This document shows, in pieces, positions 8,594-17,040 of a stretch of 64,000 bases of DNA (its first letter is position 1; each line of letters starts with the position of its first letter). The notes under the pieces were generated by a model that searched no databases, was not told the origin of the DNA, and worked only from the letters and a program-made list of their open reading frames with translations. The translations under genes were made by a program, and so were the position numbers. Source of the DNA: an uncultured Gammaproteobacteria bacterium (GTDB taxonomy: Bacteria; Patescibacteriota; Microgenomatia; UBA10105; UBA927); assembly GCA_964621305.1 (NCBI GenBank), contig CAZUOM010000001.1, positions 74,390 through 138,389 of the forward strand, written 5' to 3'.

Positions 8594-9874
8594 TTATTGT
8601 AGTAACAATTCTACTGCCTTTGCAAGCTGTGGATCATCTGTCTCTCCTGTAGAAAGGCGTAGAACCTCAAAGTCCGGTTTCACGCCGACTTTCGTAATAG
8701 AGCTACCGGAAGGAAGAAGCCATTTGCCGGTGGTGATATGGAGCCCTGCTCCGCCGGTCAGATCGTAGGGTGTCTGAACTGAACCTTTGCCAAACGTTGT
8801 TTCGCCTACGATCTTGGCGTGACGCAAGTCCCGAAGGCTAGCTGCGACAATTTCTGCTGCCGAGGCGCTACCGCGGTTGACCAAGATCACAAGCGGAAAC
8901 TGAGTCAGTTTGCCACGCCGGTTAACGGGAAAGTTCTGCTTTGATCCGTCGCTGTTGACTTGAGTGACGACGATTCCAGATTTTACAAATTCGCTAGCGA
9001 TAAAAACAGATCCGTCTAAATAGCCACCCGGGTTGTTGCGAAGATCTAAAATGATGCCTCTAATTTTTCCGAGGCGCGACTGAGCGGAAAGTAAATCACC
9101 AACTGCACTGTTCCAGTCCTCACTGGTCCGGTCGCCGAAACGCGATAGGCGAAGGTAAGCGATCGTATCGCTTTTCATAACTAACGATGCGGCCTCCGAA
9201 GCCTCGCGAATCTCTGTTATCTCAGAAATCGGCTTCACCCACGATTCAACAGACGCAACAACGATAGTATCTCGGATAATGGAAAGAGAAAGTGGTTCCG
9301 TTTGGCCTTCGTGGACTATCTCAAGCGATACAGTTGTCCCTTGAGGTCCGCGGATTTTGCTTACTGCAGCCGGTACGGTCCAACCGATGGTTTCCTCACC
9401 GTTGACTTTCAATATCCAGTCCCCGGCCCTTAGTCCGGCTTTTTCCGCCGGCGTTGCCCTAAGCGGCGCAACGACGATGATGCGGTTTTCCTTTATCCCC
9501 AGCTGAGCACCGATACCCTCGAAAGCTCCACCCAAATCGTTTTTAAAGTCCTTATTATCTTTGGGCGGCAAGTAGGTCGTGTATGGGTCGCCAACTGCGT
9601 TAACCATCCCAGAGATTGCCCCCTCAACCATCTTCGTAGAGTCAAATGCAGCTGCATCAATGTGATAACCGAAAAGCTTCTGCCAGACATCCCAGAACTG
9701 GACAAAGTCAACGGTTAAGTTTTCAGGAGGAGATTGATTGACGACAACTTTTTTATCCGGAGAAACCGAAACACTAACTTTTTGTTCACCTAACCGGTAA
9801 CCTACGCCACCAGCAAGAATCAGGAATGAAACGATAAGTATGAAGTTTCGAATTTTGGAGAAAGGCAGGCTCAT
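8594..9874 (-). CDS. S41 carboxyl-terminal processing protease (CtpA/Prc family)
   Basis: DPYT, EGIGA, PDZ, DLRNNPGG, SASAAEI, TFGKGSVQ. Confidence 0.95.
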   Translation of the reverse strand: MSLPFSKIRNFILIVSFLILAGGVGYRLGEQKVSVSVSPDKKVVVNQSPPENLTVDFVQFWDVWQKLFGYHIDAAAFDSTKMVEGAISGMVNAVGDPYTTYLPPKDNKDFKNDLGGAFEGIGAQLGIKENRIIVVAPLRATPAEKAGLRAGDWILKVNGEETIGWTVPAAVSKIRGPQGTTVSLEIVHEGQTEPLSLSIIRDTIVVASVESWVKPISEITEIREASEAASLVMKSDTIAYLRLSRFGDRTSEDWNSAVGDLLSAQSRLGKIRGIILDLRNNPGGYLDGSVFIASEFVKSGIVVTQVNSDGSKQNFPVNRRGKLTQFPLVILVNRGSASAAEIVAASLRDLRHAKIVGETTFGKGSVQTPYDLTGGAGLHITTGKWLLPSGSSITKVGVKPDFEVLRLSTGETDDPQLAKAVELLLQ

Positions 9875-9878
9875 GGTG

Positions 9879-10115
9879 CTATGCGCGCACGACGAACGGC
9901 AAAAGCGCTAGCAGGCGGGCACGCTTCACCGCCGTTGTGACGCTTCGCTGATGCTTGCTGCAGATACCCGTCCGGCTGGCGGCTAAGAGTTTCCCGCGTT
10001 CTGTGATAAAACGGCGCAAGGTCTCGACACCTTTATAATCCGGTTCGGTCTTTGTGTTGCAAAATGGGCAATTTTTTGCCACTGGCCTCAAACGCTTGAT
10101 GGGTTGTCGTCTCAT
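9879..10115 (-). CDS. rpsR: 30S ribosomal protein S18 (Zn-binding type)
   Basis: [39 protein letters not shown]; follows ssb. Confidence 0.95.
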   Translation of the reverse strand: MRRQPIKRLRPVAKNCPFCNTKTEPDYKGVETLRRFITERGKLLAASRTGICSKHQRSVTTAVKRARLLALLPFVVRA

Positions 10116-10119
10116 GGGG

Positions 10120-10644
10120 TTAAAAGGGTATATCGTCGGGGTTGACGTTTTCTGAACCAGGCTCAACTGGTTTATCTTCCACTGGCTTGTCGGTCTTCTT
10201 TCCTTTCTTGACTGCCGGCTGCGCCACAGTCGTTGCGGCTCCCACCACATCTGAGGCCGTCGTAGCTAAATCAGGTGCCGCTCCTTCTGCGCCGACTGCC
10301 TCAGGCCGTCTCGGGTCAAGAAGGATCATGTCATCGATGACGATCTCTGTAGTATAGCGATTGCTCCCGTCTTGAGCTTGCCAGGTGGTTGTCCTGAGAC
10401 GACCTTCGACATATACCTTGCGGCCTTTGGTCAAAAGCTGGCTGCAGAGTTCGGCAAGTTTATTCCAGGCAACCACGCGGTGAAACTCCGTTTCCTCTTT
10501 GCGCTCGCCGGATTCCGTCGTCCATGAACGGTTGGTAGCAAGCCCGATTTGGCAAACCGCCGAGCCGTTTGGAGTATAACGCAGTTCTGGATCTCGCGTT
10601 AAGTTGCCGATGAGTTGCACCCGATTTAAGCTTCTACTTGACAT
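10120..10644 (-). CDS. ssb: Single-stranded DNA-binding protein
   Basis: [25 protein letters not shown]-terminal DDIPF. Confidence 0.97.
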   Translation of the reverse strand: MSSRSLNRVQLIGNLTRDPELRYTPNGSAVCQIGLATNRSWTTESGERKEETEFHRVVAWNKLAELCSQLLTKGRKVYVEGRLRTTTWQAQDGSNRYTTEIVIDDMILLDPRRPEAVGAEGAAPDLATTASDVVGAATTVAQPAVKKGKKTDKPVEDKPVEPGSENVNPDDIPF

Positions 10645-10650
10645 ATTTCT

Positions 10651-10935
10651 TCAATCTGATTTGATAAGTAAATATCTCAATATTTCCGCCATTTGCACTG
10701 CCCGCTTGGACAAATCCCCCACAATCAACGGACCAGCCGAGAGAGTGGCAAGAAGATACACGGCCTCGGTTTGTTTTTTGATTGTATAGGCAAGCAGTTT
10801 TTTCCCCAGGAGGGTTAAGGAGTCAACTGAGGCAGTCTCTCCGACCAGCTTTTTGACCACTTCTTCCCGCTTTTTTTCGCTCTCGTAATCACCGCTGGTT
10901 GACAACACCAACATGAGCTCATACTTCCGATTCAT
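10651..10935 (-). CDS. rpsF: 30S ribosomal protein S6
   Basis: RKYELMLVL, GKKLLAYTIKK, ILRYLLIK; rpsF-ssb-rpsR synteny. Confidence 0.92.
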   Translation of the reverse strand: MNRKYELMLVLSTSGDYESEKKREEVVKKLVGETASVDSLTLLGKKLLAYTIKKQTEAVYLLATLSAGPLIVGDLSKRAVQMAEILRYLLIKSD

Positions 10936-11000
10936 AGATGGGATCATATCACGACTTTTTCTTATACTCAATAAGAAAAATCTAATGAACCTATAGTAGC

Positions 11001-11028
11001 TTGACAACACCACACGTCCAGCTATAAT
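11001..11028 (+). promoter_or_regulatory. Consensus sigma70 promoter, probably leaderless transcript
   Basis: TTGACA-16-TATAAT, 6 nt before ATG 11035. Confidence 0.8.
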
Positions 11029-11034
11029 AGCGCA

Positions 11035-11796
11035 ATGTCTCTCGTCAAGGAATACGCTCCCATCTCTCCAAAGACCTTTGACCAAGGCCCACTAGACAAA
11101 TCGAATCATTTGGACGAATGGTTTCCTATGCCTGATATCCGCGAGCCTTCAGAGGCTTATCTAAGAAAGCTGGGTTGCCCTCCCGATCTTTTTGATTTTA
11201 TCAAGTATCTTTCTACGCCGGAGCGCGTCCAGGCATATATAGATTCGAATGTAACATATAATGATGGGTTCGAAATGCAAGGATTTGTTGGGGTAGCAAG
11301 AACGAAAAAAGCACATTGCTTTGAGGGAACGGTATTTGCCTATACCGCGCTCCACGTCTGGGGGTATCAACCGAGAATCGTCATGCTGGTTGCTGACAAC
11401 GATTATGGGGAAGATCATAATATCGTGGTGTTCCGAAGGGGTACGAGGCTCGGAGCTCTTGCGATGTCAAATTGGGAAACACTCAAGTGGCGGCCGCCGG
11501 TGTTCCCGACGCTTCGGGACTTAGTTCTGGGAGGATACTGGCATGCATACACAAGCGAAGAGCCTCAATTTTCCGGCACATGGAACCTAATCGGCTTCTC
11601 AGACCCGATTGATTTAGTAGCCAAATTTGGCGGTTACGACTGGATGTTTAATGAAGGGCCTAGCGCGCTATGGTTGGTATTCCAAAAGTATGCGGATGAT
11701 CTTATATGCACGCACCTTTTTAACGGCAGCCGCTTCCCCTACCCACCGGAGGACCTTTCTGGCAACGCAAACGACCTTACCTACCACGAACGATAA
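11035..11796 (+). CDS. Transglutaminase-like cysteine protease, vasohibin-like
   Basis: HCFEG...DHNIVV...GALAMS..L..RPPVFPTLRDLVL parallels the vasohibin Cys-His-Ser motifs as I recall them. Confidence 0.75.
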   Translation: MSLVKEYAPISPKTFDQGPLDKSNHLDEWFPMPDIREPSEAYLRKLGCPPDLFDFIKYLSTPERVQAYIDSNVTYNDGFEMQGFVGVARTKKAHCFEGTVFAYTALHVWGYQPRIVMLVADNDYGEDHNIVVFRRGTRLGALAMSNWETLKWRPPVFPTLRDLVLGGYWHAYTSEEPQFSGTWNLIGFSDPIDLVAKFGGYDWMFNEGPSALWLVFQKYADDLICTHLFNGSRFPYPPEDLSGNANDLTYHER

Positions 11797-11821
11797 TGAA
11801 AATTTATCTTCTACTGTATTT

Positions 11822-12235
11822 ATGGAATTAAAAAAAAGATCGGAACAACTGCCCATTTATCAATATACAGCTACTAGTGAGCTTGTTGAGGTTTTATTAA
11901 AAACAGCCTCCACATTGCCTTCTCCCGATGTAGTTATCACAGATGTAGATGTTATATCTGCTTGCTTCCACGAGAAAGGTTCTGCGGCTGATGTAATAGA
12001 TTTAATGGCGCACAAAAACAAAAATACACTCATAGATAATTTAGAGAACATCAGGATGCTTCAGAATAAAGATGTTTCTGCTGTGGCTGCACTCGTTATA
12101 AATGGTCAAAAAATTTTCATGAGTACATCTGCTTTTGAAGCCATAATGATGGCAGGTCTAACCGCAAAATCTCAAAGCAGGCCAGTCAATACATTAGACC
12201 TAATTTTACAAGATACTAAGAAAAAAAATCGTTAA
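11822..12235 (+). CDS. Divergent Clp N-terminal-domain-like protein (possibly the split N-terminus of the downstream ATPase)
   Basis: FMSTSAFEAIMMAGLTAKSQSRPVNTLDLIL resembles a ClpN repeat; stop overlaps the next ATG after an A8 run. Confidence 0.5.
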   Translation: MELKKRSEQLPIYQYTATSELVEVLLKTASTLPSPDVVITDVDVISACFHEKGSAADVIDLMAHKNKNTLIDNLENIRMLQNKDVSAVAALVINGQKIFMSTSAFEAIMMAGLTAKSQSRPVNTLDLILQDTKKKNR

Positions 12236-14136
12236 TGAAGGATGCGTTTGAAACAATCGGTCAGATTCCAAATATTACAGCACTTCTGATAGAGCGATAT
12301 TCGGAGCAAATGAAATATAAAGAAAAAGGTTCAATAAATATTAGGGTTGAGCAACTTACCAGAGATGCAATTGAACCAGTGTCATTACACCACCATAATC
12401 ACCAGTTAGAATCGCCTTCGACCATTTCCTCCCCAGGATATCTTATCGATATATCAAGTCAAGCTCAACAAGACGGATTCGCAGTCAGTGAAAACCCATC
12501 ACGACAATTAATTGAACTATTTGGGGCAATTGAATCACATGCGCTCACTGTACTTGTTACTGACAACCAAAACGACGCAGAACGGATCATTAACGAACTT
12601 GCAGTATCGCTTTTAGATGACAAAGTAAATCTGTTCAATGTTTCCGGCGTATTTCGTATTGACGATGTACGACTTGCCTCAAATCCAAATCTGGTGATTG
12701 TTAATGCGCTTAAACAAGCAAAAGGAGGGATTCTTTATCTCCCTCAACTAGACCAATATTTGGGACAGATCGAAAGCGCTCTTCCTGCTTTAATCCGGAG
12801 CTCCCTTGCTGCAAGAGATATACGAATTATTACAAGTTTCAGTAGTAAACAATGGCAAAAACTAAGTGAAACGCGGGATTTTATAAGCGCATATTCGATT
12901 GTACTTGATCCTGCATCGTTAACTGAATCAATTGTTGCATTAAGGGCGAATCGCTCAAAGCTAGAAACTCAATTTAAAACAAAAACTACCACAATCAAAA
13001 TTACCGATGACGCTATAGACGCAGCAGCCAAATTAAGTGCACGCTATATGCCAGGTGGAGAAATTCCACTTATCCGTCAGGCGGCAACACTTACAAAAAT
13101 TAGCATGTCCACGATGAAAAATCTAGCTGATCCGAGAGTAAAGCCTGACGGAATAGTAGATGAAAAAGACGTTGTATTGGCACTTTTTTATCTTAAAGGA
13201 ATTGTAGTACAACCTGAAAATCCCGAAAAATATATTCACATGGAAGATACACTTCGGAAACTAGTTGTTGGTCAAGATGAGGCGATTGAAGCGGTGTCCA
13301 AAGGCGTTCGTCGAGCAATGGTAGGACTAAAAAATCCGAGAAAGCCGATTGGTTCGTTTATCTTTTTAGGACCAACGGGTGTGGGAAAAACAGAACTGGG
13401 GCGAGCATTAGCATCATTCTTATTCGACGATCCAGAGGCAATGCTTAGGTTAAATATGAGCGAATATCATGATAAACATACCGTCGCCAGGCTAGTAGGT
13501 GCGCCACCCGGGTATGTGGGTTATGAAGAAGGAGGCCAGTTGACTGAATACTTAAGAAGGAGGCCATATGCTGTCGTCATGGCAGATGAAATGGAAAAAG
13601 CCCACAGCGAAGTCCTCAACACATGGCTGCAGATTCTAGACGACGGTCGGATTACTGACGGCAAAGGCAAAGTTACAAACTGTCGAAATACCGTGCACAT
13701 ATTTACATCTAATGTAGGAACCGCGTACTACCGGCAAGAATCACAGATTGGAAGGAAAAAAGTTATTGAACTGGTCAAACGTGAACTAACAGATACGTTC
13801 AGGCCTGAATTTTTGAATCGCTTTGATGAAATCATTGTCTTTCAAAGCCTCTCCATGGACAATGTAAAAAAAATCGTGGATCTTAGGATGCACGACTTTA
13901 ATCTAAGACTTGCGGAAGAAAGCAAGATAGTCGTCCAGTTGACCAATGAAGCAAAAATCCTCGTTTCTGAGCTTGGATACAAACCGGAATTTGGAGCCCG
14001 AGAAGTGGAGCGAGTAATCAATAGGAATATTGGAGACGCTCTCACGGTTGCTTTGCTCCGTGGAGAATATAAACCAGGCGATACTATTGAAGTTTCAGCC
14101 GAAAATAGACAATTTGTTTTTGCTAAAAAACAATAA
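12235..14136 (+). CDS. ClpB/ClpC-like Hsp100 ATPase with degenerate first AAA+ module and intact second module
   Basis: VVGQDEA, GPTGVGKT, GAPPGYVGYEEGG, DEMEKAH, FRPEFLNR, GARE; no Walker A in the D1 region. Confidence 0.88.
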   Translation: MKDAFETIGQIPNITALLIERYSEQMKYKEKGSINIRVEQLTRDAIEPVSLHHHNHQLESPSTISSPGYLIDISSQAQQDGFAVSENPSRQLIELFGAIESHALTVLVTDNQNDAERIINELAVSLLDDKVNLFNVSGVFRIDDVRLASNPNLVIVNALKQAKGGILYLPQLDQYLGQIESALPALIRSSLAARDIRIITSFSSKQWQKLSETRDFISAYSIVLDPASLTESIVALRANRSKLETQFKTKTTTIKITDDAIDAAAKLSARYMPGGEIPLIRQAATLTKISMSTMKNLADPRVKPDGIVDEKDVVLALFYLKGIVVQPENPEKYIHMEDTLRKLVVGQDEAIEAVSKGVRRAMVGLKNPRKPIGSFIFLGPTGVGKTELGRALASFLFDDPEAMLRLNMSEYHDKHTVARLVGAPPGYVGYEEGGQLTEYLRRRPYAVVMADEMEKAHSEVLNTWLQILDDGRITDGKGKVTNCRNTVHIFTSNVGTAYYRQESQIGRKKVIELVKRELTDTFRPEFLNRFDEIIVFQSLSMDNVKKIVDLRMHDFNLRLAEESKIVVQLTNEAKILVSELGYKPEFGAREVERVINRNIGDALTVALLRGEYKPGDTIEVSAENRQFVFAKKQ

Positions 14137-14190
14137 CCCATAATATTGTATTTTTGAACAAATTTGATACAATAGCATTGGCGTATATAA

Positions 14191-15723
14191 TTGCACTTTG
14201 ATAGTAGTAGCTGTTCCAAAGCAGCACGGAAAACGAAAGGAGGGTCACGTGGTTCCCACATCTGGGATTACCTCAGCTACGACCGCGAGGGTTTTTTGTG
14301 GCTTGATGGAGTTCGCTTCTATGACTTGATCCAGTTTGGGACGCCACTTGAAGTCGTGGACACACGAATAGTAAAACGCCGCGCTAACGAATGGGTTAAT
14401 TTAACTCGTCGAATTGCCAGCGAAGTAGGCTTTAACGGCGGCCTGAGGTACCATTACGCATCCAAAGCAAACATGACTCTCGAGGTAGCAACAGCTGCGT
14501 ATTCTGCAGGGTGGCTGCAGGAAACTACGTCTTTGCAGGATCTTGTTAATATTGAATACCTGGTAAAGCAAGGAGTACTGAAAAAAGAGGCAGTGGATAT
14601 CATTTGCAATGGATTCTTCCTTCCCTCTCAAAATTTTGGCGCACCGCAAGTTGTCAAAAATCTCCAGTCGCAAGACATTGAGTTTAAAGCAGGAAGTACA
14701 ATACAAGCCGCTGGAGAAATAGATTATCTTGCCAAAATTGAATCAATGCGCGACCAGGGGTATCGGATTTCCCCAATAATTTACGATTTAGATGAACTCC
14801 ACCATCTTCTCGTAAAAAAGGGTGCGTTTGATATCGGTCTTCGCCTCAAGTTTGGCAAAGTAAACAACGATAGGGACCTTGCTCGGCTTCCTTCCCGATT
14901 TGGCATGCCCTGGACAGTAATACAAACTGCTGCCGATATCGCAGACAGAAGTGATAATCAATTACGCTTTACAAGATTACATGCTATGGTGGGAGCAGCA
15001 GAAAATATTCCGATAGACACGTTTGATCAATCGCTACAGTTTGCATCTGAAAAATATTATGCCCTCAGTGCTAAACACCCTAAACTTCGATATCTCAATA
15101 TCGGAGGTGGTATACCTCCAAGATCTGAGTCTTATCAACACGAACAACTCATGAGACGGTTTTTACGTGGTGTCAAAGAGAAAGCACGCCAACACAAGCT
15201 TCCCGAGCCTATTATCGAATTTGAGTTGGGAAGTTTCCTTGCGGCTGAATCTGGGTTTGACGTATTGAAAATCGTCGACTATAAACAAAATCATGTCGAT
15301 GAATCCGGCCGCCCGGTCACGTGGGCAATTGCCGACACGAGCCTGGTAGCTACCATTCCGGACGTCTGGTTTATCGGCAAACGATTCAAAATATTAGCTG
15401 TAAACGCTGCAAATCGGCCATGTAAACCGGTACTACTGGGAGATATTACGTGTGATAGCGGCAGCGTATACCCCGACATGGTCATGATACCGGACACTAC
15501 AGATCCGGTATATTTAGTCATTTTAGAAACCGGCGCGTACCAGAATGCACTCACCGGCGAAGGCGGCGCGCAGCACTGCGGTCTATACGGTAATGCAAAG
15601 TGGAAAATTTTTGGAGAAGGAAGTAAAAAAGTCGCCGTATTAACTGGAAGACAAACGCCAAATGATCTCAGTCACATCCTCGGCTATACCGATAGTCGGC
15701 TACAAAATGTATCACGAACATGA
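14191..15723 (+). CDS. Group IV (alanine-racemase fold) PLP-dependent decarboxylase, arginine decarboxylase-like; start uncertain
   Basis: HYASKAN (PLP Lys), SRFG, LHAMVG, LNIGGG, ELGSFL, GDITCDS, TGAYQ. Confidence 0.82.
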   Translation: MHFDSSSCSKAARKTKGGSRGSHIWDYLSYDREGFLWLDGVRFYDLIQFGTPLEVVDTRIVKRRANEWVNLTRRIASEVGFNGGLRYHYASKANMTLEVATAAYSAGWLQETTSLQDLVNIEYLVKQGVLKKEAVDIICNGFFLPSQNFGAPQVVKNLQSQDIEFKAGSTIQAAGEIDYLAKIESMRDQGYRISPIIYDLDELHHLLVKKGAFDIGLRLKFGKVNNDRDLARLPSRFGMPWTVIQTAADIADRSDNQLRFTRLHAMVGAAENIPIDTFDQSLQFASEKYYALSAKHPKLRYLNIGGGIPPRSESYQHEQLMRRFLRGVKEKARQHKLPEPIIEFELGSFLAAESGFDVLKIVDYKQNHVDESGRPVTWAIADTSLVATIPDVWFIGKRFKILAVNAANRPCKPVLLGDITCDSGSVYPDMVMIPDTTDPVYLVILETGAYQNALTGEGGAQHCGLYGNAKWKIFGEGSKKVAVLTGRQTPNDLSHILGYTDSRLQNVSRT

Positions 15724-16775
15724 CTCCCGAAATCCCCGTTTATTTCAGCAACACCACATTCAAACATACTCCACAGGTCGAAGTTCATCTCGGAGACGAA
15801 GTCATGCACGCAGATCAGGTCGAGCGAGCCGAAAGCATATTGCTTGCATTAAAAAAGTACGGGTTTGATTGCCTGGAAGTTACGGGAAAGCCGGATCTGA
15901 CGGCTATCCAAAAGGTGCACGGCGGGGAGTATCTTGCGTTCCTCTCCGATGCTTCAAAAACAATACGGGGACGTCCTTCGCTTGATTCTGATTGTGACGG
16001 CGCAGTGCCGGCTATATACCCTTCTACATTCCCCTATACCAACAATCAAAAGCCCCGGCATATAGAAGGAACGATCGGCCGCTTTGCCTACGATACCTAT
16101 ACCCCGATTATGGCATCCACATTTGAGGCTGCACAATCATCCGTACAAAGCGCTATTGCTGCATCCCAACACGTTTTGACCGATCGGGGCGTCGTCTACG
16201 CCCTGACCCGACCACCCGGCCACCACGCGATGCGAGAGAAAATGGGTGGCTATTGCTACATGAATAACGCCGCGATCGCCGCGGAATATCTCATCGGCCA
16301 AGGGGTACGCCGCGTTACGATCTTTGATCCGGATCTCCATCATGGCAACGGCATCCAGGAGTATGCGTGGGAACGGCCAGACGTCCAGTATGTCTCAATT
16401 CACGCTGATCCATCGTTTTGCTACCCGTTTTACTCCGGGTACGAAGATGAAATAGGAGAAGGTCCTGGCAAGGGAACCATTGTCAACTATCCCCTTGGCC
16501 ATGGCACCGGGGAGAAAGCGTACCACAGGGTGGCACAACAAGCCATCGGAACAATCGTATCCTTTGATCCTGAGGTTCTTATCGTTGCAATGGGCTTTGA
16601 TACTCATAAAGATGATCCGTTCAGGACGTTTCGGCTCTCAACCAGCTATTACCAGACACTGGCTAACGATCTTGCCGATCTTGGGCTCCCGACAATCATC
16701 CTTCAGGAAGGCGGCTACAACATCAAAACCCTGGGCGCCAACGTTGTCTCCTTCCTCCGTGGATTTACCCTATAG
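15720..16775 (+). CDS. Histone-deacetylase-family enzyme, acetylpolyamine amidohydrolase-like
   Basis: RPPGHHA, GGYCYMNNAA, DLHHGNG, GFDTHKDDP, QEGGY. Confidence 0.92.
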   Translation: MTPEIPVYFSNTTFKHTPQVEVHLGDEVMHADQVERAESILLALKKYGFDCLEVTGKPDLTAIQKVHGGEYLAFLSDASKTIRGRPSLDSDCDGAVPAIYPSTFPYTNNQKPRHIEGTIGRFAYDTYTPIMASTFEAAQSSVQSAIAASQHVLTDRGVVYALTRPPGHHAMREKMGGYCYMNNAAIAAEYLIGQGVRRVTIFDPDLHHGNGIQEYAWERPDVQYVSIHADPSFCYPFYSGYEDEIGEGPGKGTIVNYPLGHGTGEKAYHRVAQQAIGTIVSFDPEVLIVAMGFDTHKDDPFRTFRLSTSYYQTLANDLADLGLPTIILQEGGYNIKTLGANVVSFLRGFTL

Positions 16776-16777
16776 TT

Positions 16778-16805
16778 TGACTTTTTTTAAGAAACTGCTA
16801 TACTA
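16778..16805 (+). promoter_or_regulatory. Sigma70 promoter preceding a ~230-nt leader
   Basis: TTGACT-16-TATACT with TG extension. Confidence 0.65.
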
Positions 16806-16812
16806 GTACTCT

Positions 16813-16982
16813 TGTCTCTTTGAGGGAAAGGGCATTTTTGCGCCCGTATTTTTGTCGTCCCGAGAGAGATACGTTTCGCACATTAACAAAAGATATTCAG
16901 TGTCCTCCTTTGGTCTATGGCTGCCATTGAGACTATGGATCTATCGTGGTCTGAATGACAGCCATAAAAACCAATATGGAGG
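16813..16982 (+). ncRNA. Candidate structured 5' leader / ncRNA with two long hairpins
   Basis: CCTCC.TTGGT.TATGGCTGCCATT.AGACTATG pairs with CGTGGTCT.AATGACAGCCATA.ACCAA.GGAGG (16904-16982); second stem about 16813-16872. Confidence 0.45.
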
Positions 16983-17040
16983 TGAAGAATCAAAAATACC
17001 GTCATGTAATCACAAATCAATTCCGCAACAGGAGGTCAGA

